From NCBI GenBank assembly GCA_963713825.1, contig CAVQNG010000037.1, forward strand, positions 1 through 30,584: a DNA stretch of 30,584 nucleotides, in the 5' to 3' direction. The position numbers and the translations under genes were made by a program. Shown here one piece after another: positions 20,497-28,320 of the stretch. The DNA is from an uncultured Acidobacteriota bacterium (lineage in GTDB: Bacteria; Acidobacteriota; Thermoanaerobaculia; Multivoradales; JAHEKO01). Each line of letters begins with the position of its first letter. The first letter of the stretch is position 1. The notes beneath the pieces are model-generated. The model had not been told where the DNA came from and did not search any database. It was given only the letters and a program-made list of their open reading frames with translations.

Positions 20497-21543
20497 GTGA
20501 TCTCAAGCAAGCTCGCCATTCGTTTTACGGCCGCTTCTCTGCTCGCCGCCCTGATTCTCTACCTGCTATTCAGGAACATCGATCTTCGTCTACTTGGTGA
20601 AACCATCAAGAGAAGCTCGTCCTGGGGATTGGCTCTGGCGGCTCTCGTCAACCTGCTCCAGTGGCCCGTCCGCGCAATTCGCTGGCAGCGTCTGGTCAAA
20701 GCCGGTGGTGAGCCCACATCGATGAGATCTGCACTCGAAGCAACAGTGATTGGCAACTCGATGTCCGTTGCGCTCCCCGGCCGCCTGGGCGAAGTCGCGC
20801 AACCGGCTCTACTCGCCCTCCGAGAGCGTATCTCCCTTGCGCTCTCCATGGGGTCCTTTGCAACGACTCGCGTCCTCGACGTGTTGACGGTCTTGGCCGG
20901 ATTCGGGATTGGCCTCTTCCTGGCAGCACCCTCTGCGTGGGTCGCCTCATGGTCAACGATAGGGCGCAAGTTGTCGTACATGTCCCCCTTCATTGCGGCC
21001 AGCCTCCTGGGGGCCCTGGTCGTCGCATCCCGCTGGTACCTCAGCGCTCGACAGCGCTCCTGGGCCAGACGGTTCCGGCAGAACAGGATCGGGCGACAGC
21101 TGGACCTCATGACACTGGGCCTGAGCGGGTTGGCCAAACCCAAGGTGCTTATGGGCTCGCTCGCGTCGAGTATCGCCACTTGGCTCCTGATCTCAGCCTC
21201 TACCTGGGTAGGCCTGGCAGCATGCAACGTAGATCTACCGATAGCTGCAGTACTCGTTCTCATGCCTTTGCTGGTCATCGGTATCGCTGTACCGACACCA
21301 GCTGGCGTCGGCGGATATCACGCAGCCATGACCTTCGGCCTGGTACAGCTGTATTCCATCGACAGGACGGCTGCAGCCGGTGCGAGTATCCTGGTGCATC
21401 TCGTGCAGACCGTTCCCATCGTCGCCTTTGCGCTCGTGATCTACCTGACAGGGTCACGTTCGGTTCCGCGGATGGACCAGCTCCTCGATGCGACGAAAGA
21501 GGATCCGGTGGAAGACACTGAGGCAAAACGTCAAGAAAGCTAG
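20497..21543 (+). CDS. LPG_synthase_TM / UPF0104 flippase-like membrane protein
   Basis: RAIRW, LPGRLGE, RVLD and PTPAGVG.Y are family hallmarks. GTG 20497 follows GAGGG (ORF track starts at 20401). Confidence 0.85.
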   Translation: MISSKLAIRFTAASLLAALILYLLFRNIDLRLLGETIKRSSSWGLALAALVNLLQWPVRAIRWQRLVKAGGEPTSMRSALEATVIGNSMSVALPGRLGEVAQPALLALRERISLALSMGSFATTRVLDVLTVLAGFGIGLFLAAPSAWVASWSTIGRKLSYMSPFIAASLLGALVVASRWYLSARQRSWARRFRQNRIGRQLDLMTLGLSGLAKPKVLMGSLASSIATWLLISASTWVGLAACNVDLPIAAVLVLMPLLVIGIAVPTPAGVGGYHAAMTFGLVQLYSIDRTAAAGASILVHLVQTVPIVAFALVIYLTGSRSVPRMDQLLDATKEDPVEDTEAKRQES

Positions 21544-21602
21544 CAGCTCACCTGTCAGAGACAGTGCTAAGATCCCCTCTCACTTTCGTCCGCAATATCC
21601 CC

Positions 21603-23159
21603 ATGAAGAAGTCAGAACGCACCTTTACCTGGGTCCTTCTCTTGATCGTCCTGTCAGGGGGAGTGGTGAGAACAGCGATCTCGGTGCACCGGGAATGGAT
21701 CGGCTACGACGAGGCCAGCTACCTCTTGATTGCCCGCAATGCCGCGGAGGGAGAGGGATTCGTCCAGTCCGAGTTGGCTGGCTACGCGGCAAAGTTCCAC
21801 CCCTTGCCTACCTGGCACCGCAGGCACTGACCCGAGATCTTCGGCGACGAGCTCGTCGCTTCGAAGTTCCTCTTCATAACGCTCGGGATGCTCTCTGTTG
21901 GCCTCATCGGCCTTCTTGGACGAAGGTTATTCGGCTCGGAAGTAGGGCCTTCTTGCTGCTGCTCTGGTGGCCGTGGCCCCTGCCCTGACCTCCCTACTGG
22001 CTTCCTCGATCTCTCACACTCTCTTCCTTCCATTCTTCATCGGCGGCTGCTGGCTTGCCTGGGAGGCGGCCGAACAAGACAGGTTCTGGATGGCGCTACT
22101 CGGTGGCATTGCCATCGGCCTCTGCTGGTGGGCGCGCGCCGACGGGCTGCTCGTCGTACCGACCCTGGTCGTCTTCCTGCTGATCGGTTCCTATCTGCTG
22201 TCAGGCCCGAAGGCCGCGCTCAAGAATACTGTTGCATTCCTCCTCGGATTTCTTCGCCCTCTACCTGGGCTATGGAGTCTTCGTAGACACCATTTCGCAA
22301 GGCGCTGGGCAAGCCCACGGGCCACTATTCGATTTCCTGGTCTTTCCTCCCGACTGCAATTCCAGTCGAGACCTCCACAGCTATGAATCGTTGACACAAC
22401 TGGCTCTCAACGAGCCTCAATGCATCGCGGCAGCCGTGGCTGAGAACCTTGATGTCGTGCCGTCCGTACTTTTCACCTGGACCGGATTTCCTGTCTTGCT
22501 GCTTCCCTTCATGGGGGCCGGGTGGTTGTTCTCTGCCTCGGGTGGACGCAGGATCCTGGCGGCACATCTGCTGATCCTGGCTGCAATCCTTCCTCTTGCC
22601 TTCTACCTGCCTTTCTACTACTCGGAAACCCGGTACGTAGCGCCCTACGCCGCCATGGCATTCCTATGGTGCGCACGAGGCATCCTGGCTGTCTCCAGAG
22701 AATTGAAGGGCCTTGCCCCACGATTCGCCACACCCGTCATGGTGGCCGGCGCACTGGCTTTTCTCCTCTCCATCACCGTGTTCCACTCGAAACGCATGGA
22801 TACCATGGGTGGGCTCGAGTTCGTACGCGCCGGGCAGTGGATTGACCGAAAACAGCGCAGAGGACACCATCGTCCTCACCTCGCAGTCCCAAGTGGGCTA
22901 CTACTCCAAGAGGCCCTGGACCTACCCGCCCGGACTTTCAGACCAAGCAAAGTGGTCCACCATGTCAGACAAGAGGGTCCTGCTCGTTGTTGACGATCGC
23001 AGGTTCTTCGAGAAGAACCGTGAATGGCGAGAAGCCCGCGAGAGGGTGGTCCAACTTCTCTCAGCACCCATCTACGAAGATGTCGAAACTGGACCCGACC
23101 TGCGTATCTATGAAATCGGACCGGACGCGCATCGATCGAATCACCGCTCTGGTACTTGA
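21603..23159 (+). CDS. ArnT/GT39-like GT-C membrane glycosyltransferase, multiply frameshifted
   Basis: ATG 21603 gives TM1, then YDEASYLLIARN...G.GF...HPL. Later pieces: GIAIGL..WAR.DG (21967 ORF), RYVAP (22232 ORF) and a soluble tail VGYYSKR...IYEI (22713 frame). Confidence 0.75.
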
Positions 23160-23176
23160 AACGTCACTGGACTGAT

Positions 23177-24196
23177 CTACCGCCTGCGCAACTGCTCGAC
23201 AGCGGCAAGGCGCCTTGATTCGGCGCGCCGAGATTTCACCTGCCTGGGGATGTCTTGAACGTCGAAGACCACGAACTGCAGCAGGAGTTGGAATCCCAAC
23301 ATGATCGGTAGGACTGCGACCATCACGGTTCCGGTAGTTGCCGGAACACCCGTCTTGATCGAGATGGCCCAGAAGACCGCACCCCAAGCCGCACCGAAGA
23401 TCATCAAAATCAAACCCACAACGAGGAAAAGCGACGCCACCGAGAAATTCCGGACGAAGTATCGCTGCCAAACCCTCCGTAGAAAGAGTCGGAAGAGATG
23501 CACTGGAAACTCGATGAGAGTTTTCAAGATCGAAAGTGAGCTTTCCTCGTCGCCATACCTGGCAGGGACGTCGACATCGGCAACGACGGCTCTCTGGAGA
23601 TTGAGCTCGATGAGCATGCCGCTCTCGAAGAAATAGCCGCGGTGCACCTGGCTGTCGTCGATGGACTCGAACACATCGGCATCGATTGCTGTATATCCGT
23701 TCGTCGGGTCGAAGATGTTCCAGTACCCGCTTGCCGCTTTGGTCAGAAAGGACAGCCCCAGGTTTCCGATGCGCCTTGGAAGCGGCATCTGCTGCAGAGG
23801 GCCGGTCTGGACAAAACGATTCGCTTTGGAGTAGTCGGCCTTGCCGGAGAGAATCGGTTGGATCAGAGGGTGCAGATGCTCTACCGGCATCTGATCGTCT
23901 CCATCCATCTTGACCAGGATCGTTGCGCCCTCCTCGATTCCCTTTCGATAGCCGGTGAGCATGGCTCCGCCGACCCCCTGATTCTTCCCGTGGCGCACCA
24001 ATACCAGCCGAGGGTCGTCGATCCGCTCGAGAGCTTCGACCGTTTCATCCGGGCTGCAGTCATCGACTGCAACGACCTTGGAGACCCATGGCGGCAGCTG
24101 CCGAATCACCTTCTCGATGAATGGTGCCACCCGATAGCAGGGAATCACTACGCAAATGCTCTCCGCCTCGGATATGGATTCAGTCTGATTCGACAT
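23177..24196 (-). CDS. GT2 polyprenol-phosphate glycosyltransferase (DPM1/GtrB-like) with two C-terminal TMs
   Basis: VVIPCY, VDDCSPD, NQGVGGA, KMDGDDQ, NRF, DPTNGY and YGDEESS. ATG 24196 within ORF 23177..24253. Confidence 0.88.
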   Translation of the reverse strand: MSNQTESISEAESICVVIPCYRVAPFIEKVIRQLPPWVSKVVAVDDCSPDETVEALERIDDPRLVLVRHGKNQGVGGAMLTGYRKGIEEGATILVKMDGDDQMPVEHLHPLIQPILSGKADYSKANRFVQTGPLQQMPLPRRIGNLGLSFLTKAASGYWNIFDPTNGYTAIDADVFESIDDSQVHRGYFFESGMLIELNLQRAVVADVDVPARYGDEESSLSILKTLIEFPVHLFRLFLRRVWQRYFVRNFSVASLFLVVGLILMIFGAAWGAVFWAISIKTGVPATTGTVMVAVLPIMLGFQLLLQFVVFDVQDIPRQVKSRRAESRRLAAVEQLRRR

Positions 24197-24462
24197 GGCT
24201 TTTCCCCAATGATTCGAACGGCCGCCAGTCGACAAGCAACAGCCAGCCACCACTCAATACCAGAAGTAGGCTCCACAGAAGTCTGGTTCCAGAAGCCAAC
24301 CTCAACAGTCTCAATGGCAACCAACTTGCGTCTTCGGTCATTCTATCTCTGAGCCTTCAACCGAGGATATTGGTCACTAGCGCCTTCTGGTATCGCCGAA
24401 GTCGAAATGTCTATGTTACGGCCCGGGTTGCTCACGAATCTTGAACTCGAAGGATCTTCCGG

Positions 24463-26391
24463 CTACTGGATGTAGCCCAGGCTTTTCAATCTCTCCAACA
24501 TCTCTTCGTCAGTCTCGGATCCACCGGATTCTGGATCGACCAATTGCGACGGTGGACCATAGGAGGTAACCGTGGCAAGCGACCTTTCGTCACGGACGCC
24601 TTCATAAAGAAGATCAACCAATGCTCTCCCAGCCATGTCGTCAGCCACAGGAAGTCCAAAGTAGTGCAGGATCGTCGGTGCAATGTCCTCTCCCCAGGCA
24701 TCCAGCAATACGTCACTCGAGCGGAACATTGGACCACTGAAGCTCGCCATCCCGTTCAGCCGATGGTTCCCAGAGTAGTCCGGATGGAACGACCTCTGAA
24801 TGAACTTCTTCACGAATCCGCCTATTCCACCAGCTACCCAAGGGCCTGCACCATGATCAGATAGCACAATCACTGAGGTCTCCGGACCCGAAGTCTCAAT
24901 CAATTCCCCCAATAGGACGTCGAGTTGCTCGTAGGCGCCTGGAATCACCTGACCCATCACTTCCGACTCCGGGGTCGACTCCAGGCCGAAGGATTGCGGG
25001 TCGAAGAAACCCCAGAACTTGTGCTGAACAAGATCCGAGGTCATGAATACGACTGCCAATAGATTCGGCGGGTCTTCCGCGACGAGTAGGCTTTTCGCTG
25101 CCAGGTATTTGAAAATGTCGGCTCGCAGGTCATGAAGGTAGGCCCTGATCCTTTCGGTTTCTTCAGTCCTGGTGTCTGACTCCAAGGCTCTAGCGATGAC
25201 TTCCTGTAGCTCCGGAGAGAGATTCTCCAGGAGCCGAATCCGCTCCTCCTTCGAGGCTATCCACAAAGCACTGGAGTCGACACACCCCCGTGGGTAGACG
25301 GCACTTTCTTGGCCGTACGCTGCTCGGCTGCTGACAGTGATCCCACGCTTCATCAAGTGAGCAGGCCAGGTCGACCACCAACCCACTGTCGCTGTCTTGA
25401 ATCCAGCTTCGTCCAAGATGGACCAGAATCGCTTGGCTCGTGCCAATGCACCACTTGTTGCAGCTGTTTCTCCCAGATACTCCCCTGCCACACGAAAAGG
25501 CACAGATTGCTTCACACCCCAGAAGCGCTTGATCCTGAAGTCCCAGATACCATGTTGGCGTGGTGACTTCCCGGTAGCGATGGACTCCCACACTGCAGGC
25601 GACCGTGCACCGCCGCTCGCCGAGTCGGCGAAAGGCTGAATTACTTGAGGTCTGGCCCACAGAGTCACCCGACTTCCCTGCTCAATCAGCCCAGCGAGAT
25701 TGGGGAGGCGACCCTGTGCGAGAAGGGGATCGAGAACATCCCAGGTTGCCGCATCCCAGCCGACCACCAGGAGCCGAGGCCGATTCGAATTTTCGACAGG
25801 GGTCACTGCACTCCCGACTAGCGTCTCTGTGTCACCCGCAGCCGATCTGTCAAAACTCAACAAGCCGAAGATTGGCGGCACTACAAGAGTCGCAAGGAGC
25901 ACTGCAACAACGATCCGAGGGCGGTACAGGGCCGGGTCTCGCCAAGACTCCCCTCGAGCAGAGGCCCGAGAGGCTCTTGCGGAGAGCCATAGAACGAAAC
26001 AAAAACCGAGCAGAATCGGCAGCACGACAGGGAGTGCTGTCAAGTAGGTGGGTCGCTGCCTGACCAGGTTCCAAACACCAAACACGAGCAAGGCTGCTTG
26101 ACCAAGACAGAACACCAGCAGTCCATTCAAGAATCCCTGAGGGGCGAGAGAAACCAGCCCAGACCTTGATAGCCACCAGTAAAGGAGGCCGAGACCTCCT
26201 GCCAGAACGGTGCCCACGGCCCCGAAGTGCGCAACAGAATAGAAACTCAGAATAAAGAGATCCCCCAAGTGGCTGGAGAAGTCCACTAACCAAAACAACG
26301 CGCAAGACGCAACCGCGCCCACGAGGGTTCCAGCCAGGAATCCGACAGCAAGAGCACGCAATATCAGAATTCCAAATGATTCTCTCGACAT
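24463..26391 (-). CDS. Membrane-anchored alkaline-phosphatase-superfamily enzyme (type I phosphodiesterase/nucleotide pyrophosphatase-like)
   Basis: About 5 N-terminal TMs, then VVGWDAATW, GRLPNL, SPAVWESIATG..P..HGI.DF, D.VQH.FW, LSDHG, DIAPTIL and the tail ERLKSLGYIQ. Confidence 0.82.
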   Translation of the reverse strand: MSRESFGILILRALAVGFLAGTLVGAVASCALFWLVDFSSHLGDLFILSFYSVAHFGAVGTVLAGGLGLLYWWLSRSGLVSLAPQGFLNGLLVFCLGQAALLVFGVWNLVRQRPTYLTALPVVLPILLGFCFVLWLSARASRASARGESWRDPALYRPRIVVAVLLATLVVPPIFGLLSFDRSAAGDTETLVGSAVTPVENSNRPRLLVVGWDAATWDVLDPLLAQGRLPNLAGLIEQGSRVTLWARPQVIQPFADSASGGARSPAVWESIATGKSPRQHGIWDFRIKRFWGVKQSVPFRVAGEYLGETAATSGALARAKRFWSILDEAGFKTATVGWWSTWPAHLMKRGITVSSRAAYGQESAVYPRGCVDSSALWIASKEERIRLLENLSPELQEVIARALESDTRTEETERIRAYLHDLRADIFKYLAAKSLLVAEDPPNLLAVVFMTSDLVQHKFWGFFDPQSFGLESTPESEVMGQVIPGAYEQLDVLLGELIETSGPETSVIVLSDHGAGPWVAGGIGGFVKKFIQRSFHPDYSGNHRLNGMASFSGPMFRSSDVLLDAWGEDIAPTILHYFGLPVADDMAGRALVDLLYEGVRDERSLATVTSYGPPSQLVDPESGGSETDEEMLERLKSLGYIQ

Positions 26392-26429
26392 GAGCGGATA
26401 CCTCTCAAGACTCGTGATCGTTGGCCAGG

Positions 26430-26443
26430 TTGACAGGTGTCAA
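26430..26443. promoter_or_regulatory. Perfect inverted repeat TTGAC-AGGT-GTCAA (Fnr/FixK-box-like; TTGACA on both strands)
   Basis: Intergenic, 39 nt upstream of ATG 26391; fits TTGA-N6-TCAA. Confidence 0.35.
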
Positions 26444-26475
26444 GGAACACCATGTCCCCAATCGTGCGCGATGAC

Positions 26476-26496
26476 GGGTTTTTCAACAAGCTCTTA
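26476..26496. mobile_element. Possible orphan IS terminal inverted repeat remnant
   Basis: GGGTTTTTCAACAAGCTCTTA resembles the TTTTTCAACAG-type ends I associate with IS5/IS1182-like elements. No partner end or transposase seen. Confidence 0.3.
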
Positions 26497-26500
26497 GGCT

Positions 26501-28176
26501 TCAATCTTGCACCACTCTTTCAGTGCCCGGATCGTTTCTCCGGTAAAGATAGGTTTCGCCAAACAGACCATCGCGGCAGACCTCCTCGAAGCCCCTGCCC
26601 AGCTGATCCAGGAGGTCTACTACTTCTTGATTCTGGAGATCCTCCGGGCGCAAGTCTCGCAGGAGAACATAGTCGACTCGCCCACCTGTAAGCTCCTCGT
26701 ACTTCCGGATGTTCACTGCCGGATGATCACCCTCTGGACCATCTGGCCATAGACGGCCCCTTCTGGGACTCAAAGCCGACCGCCAGGAGACCGGGAAGTA
26801 CCCTTTCCATGCCGCGTAGTTGTCGAACTGAACCATGCACCGGCCGGCCGCCACATACCCTGCGAAATGACTGAACGATGCTGTCTTCCACGATAGCGGA
26901 GCACCGATCTCATCCCGACCCCGACGCGAGAAACTGACGGGGAGCACGGTAGAGTCCGCCGCAACATCTGCTCCACAGGCTAAGCTCTGCTCGACTTCTG
27001 CGCTGAGCCTGGACACGCTCCAAAGATGGAATCCAAGGAGAGCCAGCGTTACCAACGAAGCGACGACGCTAATGACAGATCTCTCACGCCGACTGAACCG
27101 ATAGCAAGCAAACCACAACACCGCCACCAGGAACGGGTAGAGGAGTAGACGAGCGTTGATCCAGTTGCCTCCTCCAGCTGAGCTGGGCGCCACGAAGTAG
27201 AGCGCGAACATTGCGGCAATGGCTATCAGAAGGCCAACTGCAGAGGACCGCTTATCCTTCAGAGCATCTCTCCGAAGGACGCCGAATCCGATGACGAGAA
27301 AACTCGCAGAAAGAACCAGCGACGGCACGGCCTCCCACCGAGAGTGAGTGATGATGGAGCCGAGGCCGACTGCGTTGCGCGCGAGTCTCGAAAAGGACTC
27401 GTGTACCGCCGCAGAGCCGGAATGTGTTAGCCAGTAATGAAGGAAGAGACCAGCGCTGGGTAATGCGGCCAACCCCACAGGCATTGCCCCCCGGAGCAAG
27501 GAGCTGATCGATCGGCCTTGTAGTGCTTTCCCCCCTCCTCAGCCTCTGGATCGGTGAGGATGACCTTCGCAGCCAAGGGAGGCAGGGCCATGAACCAGGC
27601 CGCAAGCATGGTCAGAGGATGGACGAAGAAGGCCAGCACAGACGCCATGGCCAGGAGACCAGCCTCCCGCCACCCGAGCCTATAGCCCGACCTGAGGACG
27701 ATCCCGAGAAACAAAAAGACAAACGGTAGACCGAAGATGAAATTGTAGAAACCGAGGAAGACGAAGTAATTGAAGACAAAGGGAAACACGAGAAGCAGTA
27801 GAAATCTGTTCCTCCTGCTGCTTCCCAGGATCGCAAAGTAGGCTGAGCCTACAAGAGCAAGAACATAAGCGCTCAGAAACAGCTTCTCTGCTATCTCGGG
27901 AGAGAACAGCCTGAGCAGCCCTGCCAAGGACAGAAGAGAGAACCAGTTCGGGCCCACACCTGAATTCAGTCGGTAGTACTCAGGCAGTACGGGACATGCT
28001 GGATTGCCGTACTCGAGGAGGACCTTCGCATTCGAAAGGTGAATGGGGCCGTCCTGAGTCGGGAAGTACTCGAAGAGCCAGATGGGGAGAAGGTGCAGTA
28101 GTGCCAGAGCGAGCAGCCAGAGCGAAAGGACTCGGTCACTGGACCTGGGAGAAGCAGCCTGAGGATGAGCTTTCAT
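26501..28176 (-). CDS. Polytopic membrane protein, putative GT-C-fold transferase; frameshift near 27530
   Basis: ORFs 27427..28239 (TM1 then PTQDGPIH, PNW, GFYNF, HP) and 26501..27499 (W.NAR, H..GY, NY.A....FPV, DYVLL). Likely start ATG 28176. Confidence 0.65.
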
Positions 28177-28320
28177 TTTGTCTTCGCCGGAAACTGACAA
28201 ACGGAGGTGGACGCCCCAAGAGGCGAAATTGTGCATCAAGTCCCCAGTTTGAGCAACAGTCAGCGTCGCAGATAGCCATAACGCTATGACACTTGTTGCT
28301 AGAGTAGCGGATTAAGGGAG

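Noticed and set aside
24257-24393. Three CAGAAG copies and a distant ATACCAGAAG/CTTCTGGTAT inverted pair
   Set aside because: Too short and irregular to support a CRISPR array, MITE or ncRNA.
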